Below the pieces are notes generated by a model that made no database searches, was not told the DNA's origin, and saw nothing but the letters and a program-made list of their open reading frames with translations. Shown here in pieces: positions 11,591 to 23,500 of a stretch of 64,000 nt of DNA. Positions within the stretch are counted from its first letter, which is position 1. Every line of letters starts with the position of its first letter. The position numbers were made by a program, and so were the translations under genes. This DNA is from Mytilus trossulus (taxonomy: Eukaryota), in the NCBI RefSeq assembly GCF_036588685.1, contig NC_086378.1, positions 85,994,001 to 86,058,000 of the forward strand, written 5' to 3'.

Positions 11591-12280
11591 ATTATAGAAA
11601 GCTGTACCGGTATTGTTATTATGACCAGTAGACAATATTACAGTCAGTCATATGTCTGTCATTGATTATAGAAAGCTGTACCGGTATTGTTATTATGACC
11701 AGTAGACAATATTACAGTCAGTCATATGTCTGTCATTGATTATAGAAAGCTGTACCGGTATTGTTAATTATGACCAGTAGACAATATTACAGTCAGTCAT
11801 ATGTCTGTCATTGATTATAGAAAGCTGTACCGGTATTGTTATTATGACCAGTAGACAATATTACAGTCAGTCATATGTCTGTCATTGATTATAGAAAGCT
11901 GTACCGGTATTGTTAATTATGACCAGTAGACAATATTACAGTCAGTCATATGTCTGTCATTGATTATAGAAAGCTGTACCGGTATTGTTAATTATGACCA
12001 GTAGACAATATTACAGTTGTTAACATGTCTCTCGTTGATTTAAGAAAGCTGTAATAGTATTGTTAAAAATTACCAGTGAAAAATATTACAGTCGGTCAAA
12101 CGTCTGTTGTTTAAGACAGCCCTTCCAGTATTGTTAATTATGACCAGTTGAGAAAGTCGGTCAATTGTCTTTTATTGAGTATAGAAAGCTGAACTGATAT
12201 TGATTAAGACAAATAGTCGATATATCAGTCGTTACACGTTTGTCGTTGATTGAAGAAAGCTGTACGAGTTTTGTTAATAT
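11591..12280. repeat. Satellite subfamily A resumes, then a degenerate transition zone
   Basis: Period 74 (ATTATAGAAA at 11591 and 11665); monomers decay from ~12010 to ~12280. Confidence 0.9.
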
Positions 12281-15200
12281 TACAGTCGGTCAAATGACTG
12301 TCATTGTTTATCGAAAGCTTTATAGTATTGTTTATTATGACCAGTGGACAATATAACAGTCGGTCAAATGACCGTCATTGGTTAATGAAAGCTTAATTTT
12401 ATTGTTTTTATGACCAGTGGACAATATAATAGTCTGTCAAACGACTGTCATTGTTTAAAGAAAGCTTTATAATATTGCTTATTATGACCAGTGAACAATA
12501 TTACAGTCGGTCAAATGACTGTCATTGTTTAAAGAAAGCTTTGTAGTATTGTTTATTATGACCAGTGGACAATATTGCAGTCATTCATATGACCATCATT
12601 GATTACGGAATGCTGAATCGGTATTGTTTATTATGATTAGTAGAAAATATTACAGTTGTTCACGTCTGTCACTGGTTATAGAAAAGTGTACTGATATTAA
12701 TGACAAGTATATGATTAAACACATTTTTCTAGAGGTTATTATGATGTTAACCGGGATGATTGTGACCAGTGAACAATATTACAGTCGGCCTATGACTGCC
12801 ATTGGATATATAAAGCTTTAAAGTATTGCTTTTTTTTTACCAGTGTACAATATTACAGTTGGTCAAATGATTGTCATTGGTTATAGAAAGCTTTATTATA
12901 TTGTTTTTATGACCAGTTCACAATATAACAGTCGGTCAAATGACTGTCATTGGTTATAGAAAGCTTAATAATATTGTATATTATGACCAGTGGACAATAT
13001 TCCAGTCGGTCAAATGATTGTCATTGGTAAAGGAAAGCTCTATTATATTGTTTTATGACCAGTGAACAATATTACAGTCGGTCAAATGACTGTCATTGGT
13101 TATAGAAAGCTTTATATTATTTATTATGACCAGTGGACAATATTACAATCGGTCAAATGATTGCCATTGGTTAAAGAAAGCTTTAAAGTATTGTTTTTTA
13201 TTACAAGGGAACAATATTACAGTCGGTCAAATGACTGTCATTGGTTATAGAAAGCTTTATAATATTTATTATGACCAGTGGACAATATTACAGTCGGTCA
13301 AATGATTGTCATTGGTTAAAGAAAGCTTTAAAGTATTGTTTTTATTACCAGGGAACAATATTACAGTCGGTCAAATGACTGTCATTGGTTATAGAAAGCT
13401 TTATAATATTTATTATGACCAGTGGACAATATTACAGTCGGTCAAATGATTGCCATTGGTTAAAGAAAGCTTTAAAATATTGTTTTTATTACCAGGGAAC
13501 AATATTACAGTCGGTCAAATGACTGTCATTGGTTATAAAAAGCTTTATAATATTATTTATTATGACCAGTGGACAATATTACAGTCGGTCAAATGATTGC
13601 CATTGGTAAAAGAAAGCTTAATAATATTGTTTTTATGACCAGTGGACACTATTACAGTCGGTCAAATGACTGTCATTGTTTAAAGAAAGCTTTATAGTAT
13701 TGTTTATTATGACCAGTGGACAATATTGCAGTCATTCACATGACCATCATTGATTACAGAATGCTGTATCGGTATTGTTTATTATGACTAGTAGAAAATA
13801 TTACAGTTGTTCACGTCTGTCACTGGTTATAGAAAAGTGTACTGATATTAATGACCAGTATATGATTAAACACATTTTTTCTAGAGGTTATTATGATGTT
13901 AACCGGGATGATTGTGACCAGTGGACAATATTACAGTCGGCCTATGACTGCCATTGGATATATAAAGCTTTGAAGTATTGCTTTTTTTCTGACCAAGGTA
14001 CAATATTACAGTTGGTCAAATGATTGTCATTGGTTATAGAAAGCTTTATTATACTGTTTTTATGACCAGTACACAATATAACAGTCGGGGTCAAATGACT
14101 GTCATTGGTTATAGAAAGCTTTATAATATTGTGTATTATGACCAGTGGACAATATTACAGTCGGTCAAATGAGATTGTCATTGGTTAAAGAAAGCTTTAT
14201 TATATTGTTTTTATGACCAGTGAACAATATTACAGTCGGTCAAATGACTGTCATTGGTTATAGAAAGCTTTATAATATTATTTATTATGACCAGTGGACA
14301 ATATTCCAGTCGGTCAAATGATTGTCATTGGTTAAGGAAAGCTTTTTATTATATTGTTTTTATGACCAGTGAACAATATTACAGTCGGTCAAATGACTGT
14401 TTTTGGTTATAGAAAGCTTTATAATATTATTTATTATGACCAGTGGACAATATTACAATCGGTCAAATGATTGTCATTGGTTAAAGAAAGCTTTATTATA
14501 TTGTTTTAATGACCAGTGAACAATATTACAGTCGGTCAAATGACTGTCATTGGTTATAGAAAGCTTTATATTATTTATTATGACCATATTATTTAGTATG
14601 ACCAGTGGACAATATTACAATCGGTAAAATGATTGTCATTGGTTAAAGAAAGCTTTATTATATTGTTTTATGACCAGTAAACAATATTACAGTCGGTCAA
14701 ATGACTGTCATTGGTTATAGAAAGCTTTATATTATTTATTATGACCAGTGGACAATATTACAGTCGGTCAAATAATTGCCATTGGTTAAAGAAAGCTTTA
14801 AAGTATTGTTTTTATGACCAGTGGACAATATTACAGTCGGTCAAATGACTGTCATTGGTTATAGAAAGCTTTATAATATTATTTATTATGACCAGTGGAC
14901 AATATTACAGTCGGTCAAATGACTGTCATTGGTTATAGAAAGCTTTATTATATTATTTATTATGACCAGTGGACAATATTACAGTCGGTCAAATGAGATT
15001 GTCATTGGTTATAGAAAGCTTTATAATATTATTAATTATGACCAGTGGACAATATTCCAGTCGGTCAAATGATTGTCATTGGTTAAAGAAAGCTTTATTA
15101 TATTGTTTTATGACCAGTAAACAATATTACAGTCGGTCAAATGACTGTCATTGGTTATAGAAAGCTTTATATTATTTATTATGACCAGTGGACAATATTA

Positions 15201-18175
15201 CAGTCGGTCAAATAATTGCCATTGGTTAAAGAAAGCTTTAAAGTATTGTTTTTATGACCAGTGGACAATATTACAGTCGGTCAAATGACTGTCGTTGGTT
15301 ATAGAAAGCTTTATTATATTATTTATTATGACCAGTGGACAATATTACAGTCGGTCAAATGACTGTCATTGGTTATAGAAAGCTTTATTTTATTATTTAT
15401 TATGACCAGTGGACAATATTACAGTCGGTCAAATGAGATTGTCATTGGTTAAAGAAAGCTTTATTATATTGTTTTTATGACCAGTAAACAATATTACAGT
15501 CGGTCAAATGACTGTCATTGGTTATAGAAAGCTTTATAATATTATTTATTAGGACCAGTGGACAATATTCCAGTCGGTCAAATGATTGTCATTGGTTAAT
15601 GAAAGCTTTATTATATTGTTTTTATGACGAGTGAACAATATTACAGTCGGTCAAATGACTGTCATTGGTTATAGAAAGCTTTATATTATTTATTATGACC
15701 AGTGGACAATATTACAGTCGATCAAATGACTTTCATTGTTCAAAGAAAGCTTGATAGTATTGTTTGTTGTGACCAGTGGATAATATTACAGTCGGTCAAA
15801 TGACTGTCATTTGTTAATGAAAGCTTAATGATATTGTTTTTATGACCAGTGGATAATATTACAGTCGGTCAAATGACTGTCATTGTTTATCGAAAGCTTT
15901 ATATTATTGTTTATTATGACCAGTGGACAATATAACAGTCGGTCAAATGACTGTCATTGGTTAATGAAAGCTTAATTTTATTGTTTTTATGACCAGTGGA
16001 CAATAAAACAGTCGGTCAAATAACTGTCATTGTTTAAAGAAAGCTTTATAATATTGTTTATTATGACCAGTGAACAATATTACAGTCGGTCAAATGACTG
16101 TCATTGTTTAAAGAAAGCTTTATAATATTGTTTATTATGACCAGTGAACAATATTACAGTCGGTCAAATGACTGTCATTGTTTAAAGAAAGCTTTATAAT
16201 ATTGTTTATTATGACCAGTGAACAATATTACAGTCGGTCAAATGACTGTCATTGTTTAAAGAAAGCTTTATAGTATTGTTTATTATGACCAGTGGACAAT
16301 ATTGCAGTCATTCACATGACCATCATTGATTACAGAATGCTGTATCGGTATTGTTTATTATGATTAGTAGAAAATATTACAGTTGTTCACGTCTGTCACT
16401 GGTTATAGAAAAGTGTACTGATATTAATGACCAGTATATGATAAAACACATTTTTCTAGAGGTTATTATGATGTTAACCGGGATGATTGTGACCAGTGGA
16501 CAATATTACAGTCGGCTTATGACTGCCATTGGATATATAAAGCTTTAAAGTATTGCTTTTTTTTTACCAGTGTACAATATTACAGTTGGACAAATGATTG
16601 TCATTGGTTATAGAAAGCTTTATTATATTGTTTTTATGACCAGTTCACAATAAAACAGTCGGTCAAATGACTGTCATTGGTTATAGAAAGCTTTATAGTA
16701 TTGTGTTTATGACCAGTAGACAATATTACAGTCGGTCAAATGATTGTCATTGGTTAAGGAAAGCTTTATTATATTGTTTTAATGACCAGTGAACAATATT
16801 ACAGTCGGTCAAATGACAGTTATTGGTTATAGAAAGCTTTATAATATTATTTATTATGACCAGTGGACAATATTGCAATCGGTCAAATGATTGTCATTGG
16901 TTAAAGAAAATTTTATTATATTGTTTTATGACCAGTGAACAATATTACAGTCGGTCAAATGACTGTCATTGGTTATAGAAAGCTTTATATTATTTATTAT
17001 GACCAGTGGACAATATTACAGTCGGTCAAATGATTGTCATTGGTTAAAGAAAGCTTTAAAGTATTGTTTTTATTACCAGGGAACAATATTACAGTCGGTC
17101 AAATGACTGTCATTGGTTATAGAAAGCTTTATAATATTATTTATTATGACCAGTGGACAATATTACAGTCGGTCAAATGATTGTCATTGGTTAAATAAAG
17201 CTTAATTATATTGTTTTTATGACCAGTGGACAATATTACAGTCGGTCAAATGACTGTCATTGTTTAAAGAAAGCTTTATAGTATTGTTTATTATGACCAG
17301 TGGACAATATTGCAGTCATTCACATGACCATCATTGATTACAGAATGCTGTATCGGTATTGTTTATTATGATTAGTAGAAAATATTACAGTTGTTCACGT
17401 CTGTCACTGGTTATAGAAAAGTGTACTGATATTAATGACCAGTATATGATTAAACACATTTTTTCTAGAGGTTATTATGATGTTAACCGGGATGATTGTG
17501 ACCAGTGGACAATATTACAGTCGGCCTATGACTGCCATTGGATATATAAAGCTTTAAAGTATTGCTTTTTTCTGACCAGTGAACAATATTACAGTTGGTC
17601 AAATGATTGTCATTGGTTATAGAAAGCTTTATTATATTGTTTTATGACCAGTACACAATATAACAGTCGGTCCAATGACTGTCATTGTTTAAAGAAAGCT
17701 TTATAGTATTGTTTTTTATGATAAGTGGACAATATTACAGTCGGTCAAACGATTGTCATTGGTTAAAGAAAGCTTTATTATAGTGTTTTTATGACCAGTG
17801 AACAATATTACATTCGGTCAAATGACTGTCATTGGTTATAGAAAGCTTTATATTATTTATTATGACTAGTAGACAATATTACAATCGGTCAAACGATTGT
17901 CATTGGTTAAAGAAAGCTTTATTATAGTGTTTTTATGACCAGTGAACAATATTACATTCGGTCAAATGACTGTCATTGGTTATAGAAAGCTTTATATTAT
18001 TTATTATGACTAGTGGACAATATTACAGTCGATCAAATGACTTCCATTGTTTAAAGAAAGCTTTATAGTATTGTTTATTGTGACCAGTGGATAATATTAC
18101 AGTTGTTCACGTCTGTCACTGGTTATAGAAAAGTGTACTGATATTAATGACCAGTATAGAATTAAATTCATTTTT
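12281..18175. repeat. Satellite subfamily B (72-75 bp monomer) with higher-order repeats
   Basis: Tandem CCAGTGGACAATATTACAGTCGGTCAAATGACTGTCATTGGTTATAGAAAGCTTTATAATATTATTTATTATGA. A ~200-bp marker block (..AAACACATTTTTCTAGAGGTTATTATGATGTTAACCGGGATG..) recurs at ~12580, 13730, 16305, 17313 and partially at ~18100. Confidence 0.95.
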
Positions 18176-18915
18176 GTCGAACCTTCGACTTTTGTCGAAA
18201 AAGCGAGACTAAGCGATCCTACATTCCGTCGTCGTCGTCGGCGGCGTTTACAAATATTCACTCTGTGGTTAAAGTTTTTGAAATTTTAATAACTTTCTTA
18301 AACTGTACTGGATTACTACCAAACGTGGACAGAAGCTTGTTTATGATCATAAGATAGTATGCAGAAGTTAATTTTGTAAAAATAAAATTCCATTATTTCC
18401 GTTTTTTACTTATAAAAGTGTCATAAAGATATTGTTAAATTCCAATTAAATAATAATTCTAGGATTATTTAATACCCTGTTATAAATGGACTTAGTTTTT
18501 CTGACTGAAACATTATATTCACTCTGTGGTTAAATTTTCAAAAAAATAATAACTTTCTGATACTATTTTTAATTTGTACCAAACTTGGACAGAAGCTTGT
18601 TTATGACCAAAAGCTAGTATCTAGAAGGAAATTTTGTTAATATTTTGTACCTGTGTATCTGTATTTTACTTATAAATGGACTTAGTTTTTCTTTCAGTTA
18701 ACATTACATACCATTTGCAGTTAAAGTTTTTAAAACATTTATTAGATTCATAAAGTAACTATCCTGGATTTTTACAAAACTTGGACAGAAGCTCCTTACA
18801 ATCAAAAGATAGTATCAAGAGGAATATTTTTATTGATTTTTTCCCTCATTTCTGTTGAGCCTGTGATTTTCAGCAAAAGTAGGCGAGACACTGGGTTCCG
18901 CGGAACCCTTACAAA
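18176..18915 (+). mobile_element. Non-autonomous Helentron/DINE-like element
   Basis: Flanked by T-runs with no TSD. 5' short inverted repeats GTCGAACCTTCGAC..GTCGA, then (CGT)n(CGG)n microsatellite, internal ~190-bp tandem units, and a 3' hairpin GGGTTCCGCGGAACCC. Related copies at ~59140-59805 (-), 21416-22557 (-, interrupted) and 26950-28390 (-, interrupted). Confidence 0.75.
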
Positions 18916-19239
18916 TTTTTTCTAGAGGTTATTGATGTGTAAACCGGGATGATTAACTCACAAACTGAATAAGCTTTTCGTAGCTTAAGTGTATTTATTC
19001 ATGGTCATATATGCACTTAAATAGACACAACTGTAATGCATTTGTTTTTTAATCTCTATTTGCCGAAATATCCTGGGATCCCTGCAAGCTTGTGTCAACC
19101 ATGAAAAGATTAAGAAAGTAGTTTCAGAAACATGGTTTATCGAAGTGTAAACTTAGAGAAAAGTTCTAATTGACCAATCCAATTCAAGTACATGTATTTA
19201 TCAATTTGAAAATCATATAAGAATTATTAGACAACATTA

Positions 19240-19415
19240 GTCTGTCAAATGTGTGTCATTGGTTAAAGAAAGCTGTACCAATATTGTTTATTATGACCAG
19301 TAGACAATATTACAGTTGGTCACATAGTTATCAAAAGTACCAGGATTATAATTTTATACGCCAGGTTATGTCTGTCACATGTCTGTCATTGATTATAGAA
19401 TGCTATATCAGTATA
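19240..19415. repeat. Terminal decayed satellite monomers
   Basis: GTCATTGGTTAAAGAAAGCTGTACC..TATGACCAGTAGACAATATTACAG motif, split by a ~40-bp foreign fragment at ~19325-19364. Confidence 0.7.
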
Positions 19416-19421
19416 AGTTAA

Positions 19422-19630
19422 GATGAGGTTGTGAGTTCGAAAATTGTACTGGGCAGTTGCATTTGACCTCAATCTTAGTTTTCCTAAGGAAGGTGGGTGG
19501 TTCTCTGTTCTCTCAGGGCATTCCAGTTCATCCACAAATAAAAAGTTACCACCACCAAATAGCACAATAGTAGTGAAAGAGGCATTAAGCACCAATCATT
19601 TAATCTTAAATATTAAAAAAAAAAAAAAAA
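19422..19630 (+). mobile_element. Decayed SINE-like fragment
   Basis: B-box-like GAGTTCGAAA, a body GGTGGTTCTCT..CCAGTT..CCACAAATAAAA, and GGCATTAAGCACCAATCA followed by an A-run. Confidence 0.4.
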
Positions 19631-20572
19631 GAAAAGCTGTTTGGAACTTTTAAGCAAGTGCTCATCAACCACAATTAAGCACTAAATGTTAAGATGTTAT
19701 CTATCAAATGAATTTTAAAGCAGATCATCCCAGACAATTTCTTATCATACAGTTTATTCAAAAACTCATGTCAAACCATAAATAGTCCTGTAATACTTGC
19801 AACTGGACATTTAGCATCCAACAATCAATCAAATAAACCATTTTTTTTCTGAACATTACACAAATCTGACAAAACTTCATTATATTATACAATATAGAGG
19901 CAGTAAATTTAACACAGACTAATAGATATTACATATTTTATTTACATAACAAATGTATATGTACAGTATGCTATCACAGACAACATGCATAAAAATGCTC
20001 ATAAAATATAAGAATACAGGAATGTGTCTCTGTCTAAAGACATTCTCATTAATAAAATGATATTTTTTTTTAGATCAAAAGGAAGAATATTTTTACTGTT
20101 TATTACTTTCAATTTACCACTAACTCATGGATATATTTTCAAAAATGTACACCAAAACATTAAGAAATATTTTTTTTTACCAATGTTAATTCTTACTCAT
20201 GTACTCGTGCATCATTGAAGAACACATTCAACACTTACATTAGTAATAGGATGTCTGAAATGGAAACATTTTCCATATATTTTGACAATAAAACAGTGAA
20301 AAAGCACTTCAGTAGATTCCTGTATAGCATAGGTACCCTTATAGGCATTTATAATAAATTAATTCAGAACTGTAATTACAAATTCAGGAAAGAATGATTA
20401 ATTTATCCTATCTTTTACTCATGTTTTTTTTATTTTCATTTATACAAATATTTCTCTTTATATACTGAAAATTACAGCACTCATCCATCAACACTTGTGA
20501 ATGTACTGTTTTCATTGATATCACATGACTTGGAACTTTGTTTTTATCACATGACTTTGTTCTCCATTGTTA

Positions 20573-23500
20573 TCACATGACCCCCTGTTCCATCATTCTC
20601 CATTGTTGATTGGCCATCTCACTCCCAATCTGCATTTTGGTCCACATCTTTTTATGTGTTTTAAGTGCCATCTGGAAAATAAAGATCTTCTTTGAACATA
20701 AGAATTAAAAATAGTCTAAAGTAGTATATAGCAAAACCATTGTGGGCTGGCAGCCGATTTTATTTGAGTTATTACTCTGTAACATATATACTGGGTTAAA
20801 TAGAAAAAACAAATAATTTGGCATTAATTAATTGATCAAACAGCTAGACATTTACAGCATTTCACTGATAATTTAGGTAAAATTGTGGATTTTTTTTTTG
20901 GAAGAAAACAAGAATGTGTACCAAGAACACTGATGCCCCATCCGCTCTATCATTTTCTATGTTCAGTGGACAATGAAAATGGGGTAAATACTCTAACTTG
21001 GCATTAAAATTAGAAAGATCATATCAAAGATTACTATGTTTCAAGTTGATTGGACTTCAACTTCATCAAAAACTACCTCAACCAAAAACTTTAATCTGAA
21101 GCGAGACAGACGGAGGGACGAATGAACGGACAGAGGCACAGACCAGTAAAACATTTAAAAAAAATTTTTAAGATGTTACCTCTGCAATTTCAACTTTTCT
21201 TTCCCAATTTTTGACTTTTCTCTGGATTTCATAAAGATCAGCTTTTTCTGTGACATAATCCATGACATCAGGTACTCGGAAATCTGTCAATTGTTGTCGA
21301 AGTTTACGGTTTATTTTCTCAGCTTTGGCTCGTTCCTATTAAAATATATATCATATATTTTTATCATTACCATGTTTAATAAATTATCTCCCTTTATCAT
21401 TCAACTTTTATGTAATGTTAAACTGGAAGAAAAACTAAGTCCATTTATAAGTAAAATACAAAAAAAATGGAATTTTATCTTATTTTAAATTTTCTTCTGG
21501 ATACTATCTTATGAACATAAACAAGCGTCTGTCAAAGTTTGGCAGAAATCCAGGATAGTTCAAGAAAATTATTAAAATTTCAAAAACTTTAACCACGGAG
21601 TCAGGGTTTCCGCTGGCGGTCGCCATTTTCGCAATTTGCGAAAAAATAATAATTATGGCGATTAAAATTCGTCATTGGCGAAAGAATTTGGCGAAAGAAA
21701 TATATATAACGATTTATTTTCAGCCATCTTGTTTATTTACTTTTTTTCAGGGTTTCTCTGATTTTACCAATCAGACAATACTCGGAATTCACCTTGAACT
21801 CGTTAAGCCTTTGAGAGAAAATCAATAATCAGCTGATTGCATTCATAGCTATGACATCAAAGGACTAATTAATAAAAGTGTTGAGTGTATAATATGACAA
21901 AATGATATGATTAAATGGCTTCTGTCACATGTCACAAAAGAGATTTATTAACCACTTTGCGACGCACGTGTTTGAGGCAAAATTTGTACGCTTCCTCACC
22001 TTCTTTAATAATAGTTCAGAAAAGAAATTGTTGTTATGATGAAAAATGTTTAAAAGCAAGAAAGGTCTCTGATTCAAAACTTTATCATTTAACTTTCATA
22101 TAGATCATTGATTTGAGTGGGTACTTCAAAGTCGTTTCAGTGACATGTGTTTCAAGCATATAGTTTTACTTATTTACGATGGTCTAGAAAAGAAAACTGT
22201 CGTTATGAAGAAATCTATTCAAAAGGTTGGCATGAAAGTAACCCTTCAATGTAATGACTGCACCTTACACGAGGGATCAATTCCAAGTGATAAGATGCTT
22301 CGTTTTGTTGTAAAACAACTTCTTATTTAGGGGGAGGGGGGCTAAAAAAAAGAAAATTTTTAAAAGAAAAATAAATGTGTGTTACTTGGCGATTAAAATA
22401 ATAAAGTGGCGAAAAATATATTTTTCTGGCGAAAGAGGTGGCGAAAAAAATAATTGACCCAGGGGAAACCCTGCACGGAGTGAATATATGTGGCCGCCGC
22501 CAACGGAATGTAGGATCGCTATGTCTCACTTTTTCAACTTAAGTTGAAGGCTCAACAACAATGTGTCCTTTCCAGTAAATATTATTTGTATTGTATTGTA
22601 TGTTGTCTGTACCGGTATGTATAACTTTTTGATAAAATTTTACTTTTTCTTTATATCAATATAAAAGATAGATATTATCAGCCAACCTTTCAATACTTTC
22701 ATTGTTGTATAGAAAACATTAGCTTGAGGAATCTAGGTGTCAATCAATGACATCTTATATTTTTGCATTTATATATCTGGTGCTATTTATAGTAAATCTG
22801 TTACATGTATTCACAATGTTTTCAGACTCAAGGCAATTTTGAGTTTTACTCAATGTAAAGATGCATGCCTATTATTGTTCTTAATTTTTTGGTTGCTGTC
22901 ACATTGATATATACCAATAGATATAGAAGATTTTATTGTAATCATATTATAAGCAATGGATTAAGATTTGTTCATACATCTTCTACCACTGTAGTTTCAG
23001 CATCTATCTTTGTCAATAGTTCATTCCGTGATGATATTTCCGATTTCAATCTTTCAGATTCCATTGTCAGTGTATGTAGCTTTTTCTGAAAAGATCAAAT
23101 TAAAAACACATGAATGATAAATTTATTTCAACTTTAAAAGCCATCATTCAAGTTACATCTATGCAAGTGCATATATGTATATATATCTTGAAATACAAAT
23201 TAAGTTATGATAATGAATTCTAATTACTTCCCTTTATCAGCTCTGTCACATATCATTTCCTTACTAAAATAAATTTACAAATATATAGTTCATAGATGCA
23301 TCATGGTAATAATTTTAAAATGAGAAAATGTAGAAACAAAACTCTCTTAATTTATAATTTACTAGAACAGATTTTGTTTAAGGAGGCTCAAGGATATAAT
23401 AATTTTGGAAAAAAAAATAGTTATTTTTCATTATAAATTTTATTTATTACTTTTAATATATATATGTTACTTTTTTTTTATCATATGGAACAAAAATCAT

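Noticed and set aside
12624-17622. Repeated 63-87 aa ORFs as a peptide gene family
   Set aside because: Chance readings of satellite HOR units; frames break with T-run length and most starts are not ATG.
2690-18175. CRISPR-like array
   Set aside because: Units are contiguous satellite monomers without unique spacers; there are no cas genes and the context is eukaryotic.
2690-18175. Hammerhead ribozyme (retrozyme-type) satellite
   Set aside because: No CUGANGA core paired with GAAA in the monomer on either strand.
19422-19445. tRNA gene
   Set aside because: Only a B-box-like GTTCGAA; no cloverleaf. More consistent with a decayed SINE head.
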